From Rhizomicrobium sp. (GTDB taxonomy: Bacteria > Pseudomonadota > Alphaproteobacteria > Micropepsales > Micropepsaceae): 48,118 nt of DNA. The position numbers and the translations under genes were made by a program. The stretch covers positions 1 through 48,118 of the forward strand of contig JBEKDC010000006.1 in assembly GCA_050014535.1 (NCBI GenBank), in the 5' to 3' direction. This document shows positions 18,772 through 28,200 of the stretch, one piece after another (within the stretch, counting starts at the first letter, position 1; each line of letters opens with the position of its first letter). Below the pieces are notes generated by a model. The model made no database searches, was not told where the DNA came from, and saw only the letters and a program-made list of their open reading frames with translations.

Positions 18772-21700
18772 TTGACACAGTATGCGTGCGCTTGTTACGG
18801 ATCGAAGGCATTTCTTGAAAAAATGGGGGATGAGATGCTGGACGATTTCAAAGAAAATATTGTTGCCGCGACGATAACAGAACCGTTGTCAGCCGAGAGC
18901 GATGATTTGAATCGGGATGCGATTCCTTCTTCGGAACGGTCGATCGCCGCTTTCGCACTTTCGCTGCAGCCTTCATGGACCACGATTTCTCCCGGTCAGG
19001 TGCATTTGGCCGTACTGCCGCAAGCCGCTCCGACCATCTATTGGGACGTCAACGCAAGCGGGAACTGGAGCACAACCACCGACTGGAGCCTCAATCGACT
19101 GCCCGACTCCAGCGATAACGTGCTGATCAGTACGAGGAATTCTCAGACCATCACCTTCAGCAGCGGCACCTCGACCATCCATTCGCTGGCAGTCGGGGAC
19201 GACTCCTTCGTTATGTCCGGCGGCTCGCTCACAATAACGGACGGCGCAAGTTTCTCCCGAGAATTCTCGATCAGCGCGGCGACGCTGACCACCGGCGGCA
19301 CGACGACAATCCCCGACCAAAACGACTCTCCCGCAGCACAGCTCCAGAATTCCGCGGACTGGAAAAACACGGGAACGATCAACGACGGCGGCGTGGTGTC
19401 TTTCTCCGGCGCCTCGATCATCGACAACGAAAAAAAAGCCGTCTTCAATCTCACCACCGATGATGCGGGCATGAACGGCTCCGGCAACACGGTCGAAAAC
19501 GCGGGCACGCTCGCCAAGACTGGCGGCGCAGGTACGAGTATCGTTGCAGAGGTTTTGGACAACACCGGCACCGTGAGTGCGTCCAGCGGAACGCTTGACT
19601 TCACAGCCGGTGGCTCCCTGGGCGGAACTTTCAGCACATCGAACGATGCTGCTATTGAGCTCGGCGGCGGTTCGTTCGCGACCGTTTCGACGTCCACAAA
19701 GCTCGGCGGCGACATTCTCGTGACCGGAGGGACGCTTTCGCCCGCAACCGGCAACACGATGACGCTGTCCGGAACCGATACGTTCGGCGGCGCCAACGGC
19801 GCGGCTACACTCGCCGGCGCCGGCACGGTCGCCTCCAGCGGCACGACAACGATTGTCGATCACAGCGGGTTCACGTCGACACAGCTCAATGGCGCGATGT
19901 GGCAAATCACCGGCAAGGTCTATGACGGTGGACTGGTCTCCCTCTCCGACGCCTCGACCATCGACAACCTGGCCGGCGGTGTCTTTAGTCTGACCACGAA
20001 TGACGGCGCCATGAGCGGCGGCTCCAGCAACACTTTCGATAACGCGGGCACGCTCGCCAAGACTGGCGGCGCGGGCGCGAGTGTCGTTGCCGTGGTTCTG
20101 GACAACACCGGCACGGTAAGCGCGTCCAGCGGCAACCTCGACTTCACCGACGGCGGCTCGCTGGGTGGAACGTTTGCCACCTCGAATGCCGGCACCATCG
20201 AGCTTGGCGGCGGCACGTTTGGAACAGTATCTTCCGCCGTGATGCTCGGCGGCAACATTCTCGTTTCCGGCGCAACGCTTTCACCTGCAACCGACAATAC
20301 TATGACGCTGGCCGGAACCGATACGTTCGGCGGCACCAACGGCGCGGCCACGCTCGCCGGCGCCGGTACGACTGCCACCAGCGGTGCGACTACAGTCGTC
20401 GATCACAGCGACTTTACGTCTGCACAACTGAACGGGGCCACGTGGCAAAATTCCGGAACGGTGACTGATGCCGGACTGATCTCTCTCGCCAACGCTTCGA
20501 CCGTCGACAACCTGGCCGAGGGCACCTTCAATCTCACCACGGACGACGCGGACATCAGCGGCGGCAGCGGCAACACGTTCGACAACGTCGGCACGCTCGC
20601 CAAGGTCGGCGGCGGCGGAACCAGCGCCGTCGCAGCAGCTCTGAACAACACCGGCACGGTTAGTGCGTCCAGCGGCAACCTCGACTTCACTGACGGCGGC
20701 TCGCTGGGTGGAACGTTTGCCACGTCGAATTCCGGCACCATCGAGCTCGGCGGCGGTACGTTTGGGACAGTGACGTCCACCGTCACGCTCGGTGGCAACG
20801 TTCTTGTTTCCGGCGCTTCGCTTTCGCCCGCGACCGACAATACAATGACGCTGTCCGGAACCGATACGTTCGGCGGCACCAACGGCGCGGCCACGCTCGG
20901 CGGCGCCGGGATTGTCGCGACCAGCGGCACAACGACGGTCTCCGATCAAACCGACTTCACGTCGGCGCAGCTCAATGGGGCGACTTGGCAAAATTCTGGA
21001 ACGGTGAGTGACGCCGGACTGATCTCGCTTTCCAACGCTTCGACCATCGACAACCTGAGCGCCGGCGTCTTCAATCTCACCACGGACGACGCCGCAATAG
21101 GTGGCGGCTCGGGCAACACATTCGACAACGTCGGCACGCTCGCCAAAACCGGCGGCAGCGGGACGAGCACGGTCGCGGCGGCCCTGGACAACACCGGCAC
21201 GGTAAGTGCGGCCAGTGGCATACTCGACTTCACCGACGGCGGCTCGTTGGGTGGAACATTTGCCACGTCGAATTCCGGCGCCATCGAGCTTGGCGGCGGA
21301 ACGTTTGGAACAATATCTTCCGCCGTCACGCTCGGCGGCAATATTCTCGTTTCCGGCGGCACGCTTTCGCCGACCACCGGCAACACGATGAAGCTCTCCG
21401 GGACCGATGCGTTCGGCAGCAGCAATGGCGAGGCCAACCTCGGCGGCGCTGGGACCGTCGCCACCAGCGGCGCGACCACAGTCAGCGATCAAACCGACTT
21501 CACGGCAGCCCAGCTCAATGGGGCCACATGGCAAAATTCGGGAACAGTGACCGACGCCGGACTGATCTCCCTCTCCAACGCTTCGATCATCGACAACCTG
21601 GCCGCCGGCATCTTCAATCTCACCACGAACGACGCCGTCATAGGCGGCGGCTCCGGCAACATTTTCGACAACACCGGCACTCTCTCCAAGACCGGCGGCA

Positions 21701-23034
21701 ACGCAACCAGCGCTGTCGCCGCGATTCTGAACAACACCGGCACCGTAAGCGCCTCCAGCGGCATACTCGAGTTCACTGACGGCGGCTCCCTGGGTGGAAC
21801 GTTCGCCACCTCGAATGCCGCCGCGATCGAGCTGGGCGGCGGAACGTTTGGAACGGTATCTTCCACCGTAAACCTCGGCGGCAACATCCTGATTTCCGGC
21901 GCGGAGCTTTCGCCCGCAACCGGCAATACCCTTACGCTGTCGGGAACCGACACGTTCGGCGGCAGCAGTGGCGAGGCCGCTTTCGGTGGCGACGGAATCG
22001 TCGCCACCAGCGGTACGACGACGGTCTCCGATCAAACCGACTTCACGGCGGCACAGCTCACAGGCGCGACATGGCAGAACAGCGGAACTGTGAACGACGG
22101 CGGTCTGATCTCACTCTCCAACGCCGCGATCATCGACAACGCGGCCTCCAAAGACTTCAATCTCACGACGGACGACGCCGCCATAGGTGGCGGCTCCGGC
22201 AATACGTTCAACAACGCCGGCACGTTCGCCAAGATCGGCGGGGTCGGGTTCAGCAACGTCGATGCGACGTTTGACAACACGGGCACCATCAATGCATCTA
22301 GCGGAACGATCGATTTCCATGACGCGGTCGGCGGCACGGGGACGGCGCAGGTGGATGCCTATGCCGGGCTCGAATTCGATTCCTCGGCCACATCCTCCCT
22401 GACGATGGTGTTCAACGGAGGCAACGCCACGCTCGATTTGCTGAACCCATCGAGCTTCGCCGCCGTCATCAGCGGCTTCGCCACTTCCGACACGATCGAC
22501 CTGTTGGGCATCACGGCCACCAAGGCCGCACTCAAGAGCGGGGACGCGCTCCTAATCACCGACGGCACGACGACGGTGGCCACCCTTCAGTTGTCGAGCA
22601 GCTACTCCGGCGATTCATTCTCAGTGAAATCCGACGGGAACGGCGGAACGGATATCGCCACGAACGCGCCTGCGGCGCCTGTCATCACGATCGAGACCGC
22701 CGGAAGCTTCGACGTTTATCTCGAGCAGAGCGGCCAAACGATTGCCAGTACCGGCGAGAACACAAACATCTCGATCCTTGCGGGAACGTCGCATGACACC
22801 TTCCGTTTCGACGGAGCTTTCGGCCACGTCGCAATTGCGGGCTTCACGCCGGGCGCGAACACATTGGTGTTCGACCACAACGACTTCGCCAACGCCGCGG
22901 AACTGGAAGCCCATGCCGTGCAGAACGCCGAGGGCGATACGGTCATCAGCCTGGATGCGCACGACACGATCGTCCTGCGCGACGTATCGCTTGCCGCATT
23001 CGACTCGCACGCTTCGGACTGGCATTTCGTGTGA
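18772..23034 (+). CDS. Large Gly/Thr/Ser-rich repetitive surface protein (adhesin-like), probable type I secretion substrate
   Basis: 1420 aa with no Sec signal; tandem 181-aa repeats; C-terminal DTFRF...FGH...GDTVI...DWHFV resembling T1SS-substrate C-termini. Start uncertain (18772-18835). Confidence 0.8.
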   Translation: MTQYACACYGSKAFLEKMGDEMLDDFKENIVAATITEPLSAESDDLNRDAIPSSERSIAAFALSLQPSWTTISPGQVHLAVLPQAAPTIYWDVNASGNWSTTTDWSLNRLPDSSDNVLISTRNSQTITFSSGTSTIHSLAVGDDSFVMSGGSLTITDGASFSREFSISAATLTTGGTTTIPDQNDSPAAQLQNSADWKNTGTINDGGVVSFSGASIIDNEKKAVFNLTTDDAGMNGSGNTVENAGTLAKTGGAGTSIVAEVLDNTGTVSASSGTLDFTAGGSLGGTFSTSNDAAIELGGGSFATVSTSTKLGGDILVTGGTLSPATGNTMTLSGTDTFGGANGAATLAGAGTVASSGTTTIVDHSGFTSTQLNGAMWQITGKVYDGGLVSLSDASTIDNLAGGVFSLTTNDGAMSGGSSNTFDNAGTLAKTGGAGASVVAVVLDNTGTVSASSGNLDFTDGGSLGGTFATSNAGTIELGGGTFGTVSSAVMLGGNILVSGATLSPATDNTMTLAGTDTFGGTNGAATLAGAGTTATSGATTVVDHSDFTSAQLNGATWQNSGTVTDAGLISLANASTVDNLAEGTFNLTTDDADISGGSGNTFDNVGTLAKVGGGGTSAVAAALNNTGTVSASSGNLDFTDGGSLGGTFATSNSGTIELGGGTFGTVTSTVTLGGNVLVSGASLSPATDNTMTLSGTDTFGGTNGAATLGGAGIVATSGTTTVSDQTDFTSAQLNGATWQNSGTVSDAGLISLSNASTIDNLSAGVFNLTTDDAAIGGGSGNTFDNVGTLAKTGGSGTSTVAAALDNTGTVSAASGILDFTDGGSLGGTFATSNSGAIELGGGTFGTISSAVTLGGNILVSGGTLSPTTGNTMKLSGTDAFGSSNGEANLGGAGTVATSGATTVSDQTDFTAAQLNGATWQNSGTVTDAGLISLSNASIIDNLAAGIFNLTTNDAVIGGGSGNIFDNTGTLSKTGGNATSAVAAILNNTGTVSASSGILEFTDGGSLGGTFATSNAAAIELGGGTFGTVSSTVNLGGNILISGAELSPATGNTLTLSGTDTFGGSSGEAAFGGDGIVATSGTTTVSDQTDFTAAQLTGATWQNSGTVNDGGLISLSNAAIIDNAASKDFNLTTDDAAIGGGSGNTFNNAGTFAKIGGVGFSNVDATFDNTGTINASSGTIDFHDAVGGTGTAQVDAYAGLEFDSSATSSLTMVFNGGNATLDLLNPSSFAAVISGFATSDTIDLLGITATKAALKSGDALLITDGTTTVATLQLSSSYSGDSFSVKSDGNGGTDIATNAPAAPVITIETAGSFDVYLEQSGQTIASTGENTNISILAGTSHDTFRFDGAFGHVAIAGFTPGANTLVFDHNDFANAAELEAHAVQNAEGDTVISLDAHDTIVLRDVSLAAFDSHASDWHFV
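19280..22320 (+). repeat. Intragenic tandem repeat, 543-bp period, about 5.6 copies
   Basis: The GTLAKxGG codon block recurs at 19504, 20047, 20590, 21133, 21676 and 22219, exactly 543 bp apart. Confidence 0.92.
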
Positions 23035-23121
23035 AGCCGCAACGAAAAGCCGTCGGACAGTAGTCCCCGGTTTCCACACAGGGATTCCGCGCCGGGAAAA
23101 TTTCCTGCTGGACCATTCCGT

Positions 23122-23571
23122 TCAACCGCGGGTGAGCGCGGCGATGAAATCTGACGGCGGCGCGCCTTCCGGCCAGCTCGGCACGCCTTCGGGAATGACG
23201 ATTCCTTTCATCTTCCGCTTGGTCCAGATATGGGCCACGACGTTCAGTTCCTTGCTGCGGTCGAGCGTGCCGGCGCGGAGCGTGACGAATCCGGGTCGCG
23301 CGCTGTTGGTGTTGTAGACGCGGCAGATGCAGACAGGACAACCGCGTTGGCGCGAAATGCGTCCGCTTTCGGGCGACGTGCGTTCGTAGAGAAGCGGCTC
23401 GCCCGTCACCTCGAAGCGGTCCTCGGGAAGAATGATTTGCAGGCTGAAAGCGCTGCCCGACCAGGTCTGGCAGTCGAGGCAATGGCAGGCGTAGACGTTC
23501 GGCAATTTGTCCACGTTCGCGCGATAGCGAATAAGGCCGCAGCGGCAGCCGCCTTCGATGATTTCAGCCAT
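23122..23571 (-). CDS. GFA/Mss4-like zinc-binding protein
   Basis: GGCRCG, CHCLDCQ, CPVC and AGTLD...AHIWT motifs; GAGGAG RBS before ATG 23571. Confidence 0.9.
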   Translation of the reverse strand: MAEIIEGGCRCGLIRYRANVDKLPNVYACHCLDCQTWSGSAFSLQIILPEDRFEVTGEPLLYERTSPESGRISRQRGCPVCICRVYNTNSARPGFVTLRAGTLDRSKELNVVAHIWTKRKMKGIVIPEGVPSWPEGAPPSDFIAALTRG

Positions 23572-23839
23572 GGTGTCACTCCTCGATGGCGGCCGGATGG
23601 CGAGCGAGGTCGTAACAAATCTGCGCATATTTTGACAGAGCCCCGCGACGCGAAGTCCGCCGACGATGCACAGAGAATTCGCGGACGGATTTGCCGCTCT
23701 CGCGGCTTCCGTCCGTTTCGGAAAAACGCTACGATTCCGGCCAATGCGCGATAATCGGGGAAGGCGCCAGGCGTTACTTGCCGTTGCTGGTGTCTTCCTC
23801 GTGACTTCGTCCCTCACCACCGATTCGCCGGGAGTTCCC

Positions 23840-24163
23840 ATGACCACCGCAGCCCCTATCGTGTTCTTCGACATTGCCGGTCCCGATGCCGCGAAGCTCA
23901 AGGATTTCTACGCGGGCAATTTCGGCTGGAAGATCGACGGCGCGAACGGAATCGAGACGCCGCTTCTTTCCGGCGCGCTGCGCCAGGATCCGGCGGAGAA
24001 GATCATCTATATCGGCGTGCCGGATCTCGACGCGGCGATGAAGAACGTCGCGGCTTCAGGCGGCGAAATCGTGACTCCGAAAATTCCGATACCGACCGGA
24101 ACATTCGTCCTGTTCAAGGATCCCGCGGGAAACCGCATGGGCCTTGTGCAGCTCAAGAGCTAG
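23840..24163 (+). CDS. VOC/glyoxalase family protein
   Basis: VFFDIAG...FYAGNFGW...FKDPAGNRMGL motifs; GGAG RBS. Confidence 0.88.
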   Translation: MTTAAPIVFFDIAGPDAAKLKDFYAGNFGWKIDGANGIETPLLSGALRQDPAEKIIYIGVPDLDAAMKNVAASGGEIVTPKIPIPTGTFVLFKDPAGNRMGLVQLKS

Positions 24164-24170
24164 CGCGGCG

Positions 24171-24629
24171 ATGTATTTCCTGAGTGTCCTGTTGTTGATG
24201 CTGCTCTTTCCGGCGGGCTCGATCTACTGGGAGCATCTTCACGGCACGGTTCCGCTCATGCTGCTGGTAGGCAAGTGGTTCGTGTTCTGGAGCGCCGGTG
24301 TCAGGTTGACGCTTGCGGGCCTGCGCCAGCAGTTCCAGCCGCGATTCACCTCGGAACAGATTTTCGGACTCAAGAGCGACGACGCATTACCCATCGTGCG
24401 CGAACTGGGCGTGGCCAATCTCGCGACGGGTGTCGTCGGGCTCGCCTCGCTTGCAAAACCCGGTTTCGTGCTGCCGGTGGCGCTCGCCGCCGCGATTTTC
24501 TACGGCATCGCCGGCATCCGCCATGTTGCGGTAAGCCACAGAAACGCGAACGAAAATATCGCGATGATCAGCGACCTCTTCGCCGCTCTCATCTTCGCGG
24601 CCTATGTCGCGTTTGTGGAACTGGGCTGA
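24171..24629 (+). CDS. Membrane protein (DUF6790-like)
   Basis: Four to five TM segments; GKWFVFWSAGVRL..AG..Q, RELG.ANL and N.NE...M.SD motifs. Confidence 0.7.
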   Translation: MYFLSVLLLMLLFPAGSIYWEHLHGTVPLMLLVGKWFVFWSAGVRLTLAGLRQQFQPRFTSEQIFGLKSDDALPIVRELGVANLATGVVGLASLAKPGFVLPVALAAAIFYGIAGIRHVAVSHRNANENIAMISDLFAALIFAAYVAFVELG

Positions 24630-24761
24630 ACGTTCAATTTGCACGTCGCCGGCCGTTTTCAATCATTCCCGCAACGCGGCAGACCCCTGCGCCAGGTGCA
24701 TTCGTCGATTCCGACTCCGGGGGTGCTAGGAGTGCGGGGTGCATTCTTCGAAGGCCATCCC

Positions 24762-25550
24762 ATGTCCCGCATTCGTTTTCTTCTGATTTGCCTCGTCGCG
24801 GCGCTGCCGACTGCGGCGCTCGCGCGAGAGCCCGTCTCGGTGATGATCGTGGGCGACTTCCATATGAGCAATCCCGGCAAGGACCTGCACAACGTGCAAT
24901 CCGACGACATGCTGGCGCCGAAACGGCAGGTGGAGATTGCGGCGGCCGTTGCGGGGCTGGCGCGCTTCCGGCCGACGGAGGTCGATGTCGAATGGGACGC
25001 CGATACCGTCGCGAAACGCTATGATCCCTATCTCAAGGGTACGCTCCCGCCGTCGCACAACGAAGTGGTGCAGCTCGGCTTTCGCCTGGCGCAGGCTAGC
25101 GGCGCGTCCGTGCATGGCGTCGATGTCGATGGCGATTTCCCCTATGACGCAGTCCAGGCCTATGCCAAGGCCCATGGCGAAGACGATGTGCTCGCGGGAG
25201 CCAACGCCAAGATCGAAGACTTCGTGCAGCAGCAGCAAACCATGCTGAACACCGCGACCGTGAGCGAGGTCCTGCGCTGGCTCAATGGACCGGTCCTGGC
25301 GAAGGACGGCAACGCGTTCTATCGCACCATGTTGAAAGTGGGCGGCGGCGCGGAGCAACCTGGCGCGGATCTCCTCACCGCCTGGTACAAGCGGAATTTC
25401 TACATCTGCGCCAACATCGTCCAGCTTGCGAAGCCCGGCGGTCGGATCGTCGCGTTCTTCGGCTCCGGCCACGAATTTCTGCTGCGCCAATGCATCGGCG
25501 AAATGCCGGGCTACAAGCTCGTCGAACCGAACGACTATCTGCCGAAATAG
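24762..25550 (+). CDS. Secreted DUF5694-like protein
   Basis: Signal peptide; VMIVGDFHMSNPG.D, NEVVQLGFRLA, WYKRN and FGSGH motifs. Confidence 0.8.
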   Translation: MSRIRFLLICLVAALPTAALAREPVSVMIVGDFHMSNPGKDLHNVQSDDMLAPKRQVEIAAAVAGLARFRPTEVDVEWDADTVAKRYDPYLKGTLPPSHNEVVQLGFRLAQASGASVHGVDVDGDFPYDAVQAYAKAHGEDDVLAGANAKIEDFVQQQQTMLNTATVSEVLRWLNGPVLAKDGNAFYRTMLKVGGGAEQPGADLLTAWYKRNFYICANIVQLAKPGGRIVAFFGSGHEFLLRQCIGEMPGYKLVEPNDYLPK

Positions 25551-25571
25551 AACCCGGCGGCCGGTCGCTCG

Positions 25572-26087
25572 CTACTTCGCGGCCGGCGGGTAATGGATCG
25601 TCGTGCCCGGCGCGAGCGTTGGCGGCTTTGCTGCGTCGGCCGAATAGGTTGCCGTGAAGGCCTGCTTTGCCGATTCGCAGAATTCCGCCTTGGTCGGCGC
25701 AGCCGTTGACGGCGCGAAGGCGACAACTCGCGTGGTGATCGTCCCCGTAACCGTGTTGCCGTTGCCGGAAAAAACCAGATTTGCGGTGACGTAGATGTCC
25801 TGGCCGGGGAACACGATCGCGGCTTTGCGGTCGGTGATGTCCTGCGTGAAGCCCAATCCCCAACTCTGGAGGAGGTTGGGATATCCGCCCTTGCAGACCG
25901 CATCGAAATTGATGCCGGCCTCGAGCACTGCGAGGCTGTTCGTGTTCGGATCCGTGCCGACAGTGAAGTCGAGATATTGTCCGTCGGCCGAGGTTCCTGT
26001 GTAGGTGCCGACTTGCTGCGCCTCGGCGCTCGTGCTTGCGGCGATCGCGAAAAACAATGTGCCGGCTATTGTCAATGAATGTTTCAT
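25572..26087 (-). CDS. Secreted hypothetical beta-rich protein (paralog of 6804..7322)
   Basis: GGAGAGG RBS; signal peptide ending AEA; QQVGTYTGTSADGQ N-terminus; two conserved Cys. Confidence 0.82.
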   Translation of the reverse strand: MKHSLTIAGTLFFAIAASTSAEAQQVGTYTGTSADGQYLDFTVGTDPNTNSLAVLEAGINFDAVCKGGYPNLLQSWGLGFTQDITDRKAAIVFPGQDIYVTANLVFSGNGNTVTGTITTRVVAFAPSTAAPTKAEFCESAKQAFTATYSADAAKPPTLAPGTTIHYPPAAK

Positions 26088-26212
26088 GGCGCCTCTCCAG
26101 CGAAGGATGCAGCCCCCCAGCCCCGACATCGCGACACTAGCATTTGCGGCAGCGACAGCCGAGTCGTTTGGCGGCGCCGTGCGATCACGATTTGAATCTG
26201 GTGAATCGGGCG

Positions 26213-26623
26213 CTACGCGCGCTGCTTGCTTTCGCCGCGCATTTTCCAGGCTTTGTAAGAAGATTTCAGAAGCGCCTTCACGCTCGCGCGCTTCACATCG
26301 GCAACGCTGTTAAATGCAATGTGACGGTGAACCTTGCCCGCGCCGGCCAGGATATTTTTCGGATCCGGCAGCGATGCGCCATGCGCGAGCCCCAGCTTCA
26401 CGCCTTTCAGGCTGGGAATGATGGCGCAGACCGTATCCTTGTATCCGGGGCCGAAGCCATACCCCACCACGCGCGCCGAACGATCGAGCGTTTCTTCCGC
26501 GCCTTCCACGTTTTGGAGAATCAGTCGCCGGAGCGCTTGGGCAATCTGCGAAGTGGACTCCGGATAGCCCGCAAAAAATGCGTCAATCTCGTCGGCTTTG
26601 GCAAATGCGCGCGCCACAGACAA
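26213..26623 (-). CDS. DUF1801 (YdhG-like) domain protein
   Basis: LRRLI...AEE...GYG...LG.AHGA.LPDP..IL.G.GK..RH motif. Confidence 0.82.
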   Translation of the reverse strand: MSVARAFAKADEIDAFFAGYPESTSQIAQALRRLILQNVEGAEETLDRSARVVGYGFGPGYKDTVCAIIPSLKGVKLGLAHGASLPDPKNILAGAGKVHRHIAFNSVADVKRASVKALLKSSYKAWKMRGESKQRA

Positions 26624-26632
26624 CCGTCTTTG

Positions 26633-27343
26633 TTACGCGCGGCTCTCGACGAATGTGTCGTCGAGCGCGTAACCCGCGGAACGCACGGTGCGGATCGGGT
26701 CGCGCACGCCGGAGGTGTTGAGCGCCTTGCGTAGGCGACCGACATGAACGTCGACCGTGCGGGCTTCTACATAAACGTCCGAACCCCACACCGCATCGAG
26801 CAATTGCTCGCGGCTGAACACGCGGCCGGGATGCTGGATCAGATGATCGAGCAGTTTGAATTCGGTGGGGCCCAGATGCACGTCGGAGCCGGCGCGCCGC
26901 ACGCGATGGGCCGCGCGATCCATCTCGATATCGCCGATGCGCACGACGTCTTCGGCGAGGCTCGGGCGAATGCGCCGCATCACCGCGCGCAGCCGCGCAA
27001 GCAGTTCCGTCATCGAAAACGGCTTGGTGATGTAATCGTCGGCTCCCGTATCGAGGCCGCGGATGCGGTCGGTCTCTTCGCCGCGCGCCGTCAGCATGAT
27101 GATGGGGACGTTGCGCGTCTCCTGACGTCCGCGCAACCGGCGGCACACTTCGATGCCGGACAGTTGCGGCAGCATCCAATCGAGCAAGACGAGATCGGGT
27201 CCCTGCTCGTTGGCGATCAGCAGCGCCTCTTCGCCGTCCTGCGCTTCCAGCACGCGATACCCTTCGCGCTCGAGATTGTAGCGCAGAAGCGTGACGAGAG
27301 CCCCCTCGTCTTCCGCGATCAGAACGGTGGGCTTCAGGGTCAT
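26633..27343 (-). CDS. phoB: Phosphate regulon response regulator PhoB
   Basis: Receiver domain LLDWMLPQLSGIEVCRRL; winged helix LGPTEF...SREQLLDAVWG..VYVEARTVDVH; ATGA overlap with phoU. Confidence 0.96.
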   Translation of the reverse strand: MTLKPTVLIAEDEGALVTLLRYNLEREGYRVLEAQDGEEALLIANEQGPDLVLLDWMLPQLSGIEVCRRLRGRQETRNVPIIMLTARGEETDRIRGLDTGADDYITKPFSMTELLARLRAVMRRIRPSLAEDVVRIGDIEMDRAAHRVRRAGSDVHLGPTEFKLLDHLIQHPGRVFSREQLLDAVWGSDVYVEARTVDVHVGRLRKALNTSGVRDPIRTVRSAGYALDDTFVESRA

Positions 27344-28059
27344 GTCGATGGCCGCTCGAATTTGACGGTGGTGGAACTGGTCACGTCCGCCTTGGGACGA
27401 TCCATGGTCAGATGCCCACCGGTCACCATGTAGTAGACGGTCTCGGCGATGTTGGTGGCGTGGTCGCCCGTGCGCTCCATGTTCTTGGCGACGAACAACA
27501 GATGCGTGCACAGCCCGATCGTGCGCGGGTCTTCCATCATATATGTCAGCAATTCGCGGAACAGGCTGTTGTAAATCTCGTCGATCTCGCCGTCGTTGCG
27601 CCACACCGATTCCGCGCCGGCCGCATCGCGGTCGGAATAGGAATCGAGCACGGCCTTGAGCTGGTTCTGCGCCGCACGGCCCATGCGCGCGAGGCTTTGC
27701 GTGAGCCTGATGGGCGGCTCGCGGTTCAGGACAAGCGCGCGCTTGGCGATATTCTTGGCGAGGTCTCCCACCCGCTCGAGTTCGCTCGCGATCTTGATGG
27801 CCGCCAGCGTTTCGCGCAGGTCGATCGCCATGGGCTGGCGCAGCGCGAGCAGCTTGAGCGCCTGATCCTCGAGCGTCTGCTGCAGCTGATCGATGCGCGG
27901 ATCGCCGGCAATCGCGGCCTCGGCCAGGCCCGTGTCCCGCTTGGCGATGGCTTCGATCGCGTCGGCCAATTGGGCCTCCGCCAAGCCGCCCATTTGGGCC
28001 ACCCCCGCGGACAGGGACTCGAGCTGTTCCGTAAAGGCCTTGACTGTATGTTCGCTCAT
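27340..28059 (-). CDS. phoU: Phosphate signalling protein PhoU
   Basis: MSEHTVKAF, RQPMAIDLR, ELERVGDLAKNIAKR and ERTGDHATNIAE motifs; alternative start at 28101. Confidence 0.96.
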   Translation of the reverse strand: MSEHTVKAFTEQLESLSAGVAQMGGLAEAQLADAIEAIAKRDTGLAEAAIAGDPRIDQLQQTLEDQALKLLALRQPMAIDLRETLAAIKIASELERVGDLAKNIAKRALVLNREPPIRLTQSLARMGRAAQNQLKAVLDSYSDRDAAGAESVWRNDGEIDEIYNSLFRELLTYMMEDPRTIGLCTHLLFVAKNMERTGDHATNIAETVYYMVTGGHLTMDRPKADVTSSTTVKFERPST

Positions 28060-28171
28060 CGCTTCGGTTCCGGCCGCGTTTGGCGGCGTCTTTTTGAACA
28101 TGGACATTACGGTCGAATCGCCCGTGCGCATCTGGCCCGGCGCCTTGCTAGCCGCCGACCGGCACGGCTAT

Positions 28172-28200
28172 GCGACACTATTATAACATTTCTGCGACAA
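28172..28200 (-). promoter_or_regulatory. Pho box (three half-sites) upstream of phoU-phoB
   Basis: Minus strand TTGTCGC-agaa-ATGTTAT-aata-GTGTCGC: CTGTCAT-like heptamers at 11-bp spacing with AT-rich spacers. Confidence 0.7.

Noticed and set aside
18973-22583. Series of similar minus-strand ORFs and possible CRISPR-like periodicity
   Set aside because: These are antisense translations of the 543-bp coding repeats; there is no short repeat-spacer structure and no cas gene.
27344-27604. N-terminal extension of the 323-aa ORF containing PhoB
   Set aside because: Overlaps phoU out of frame; phoB starts at 27343.
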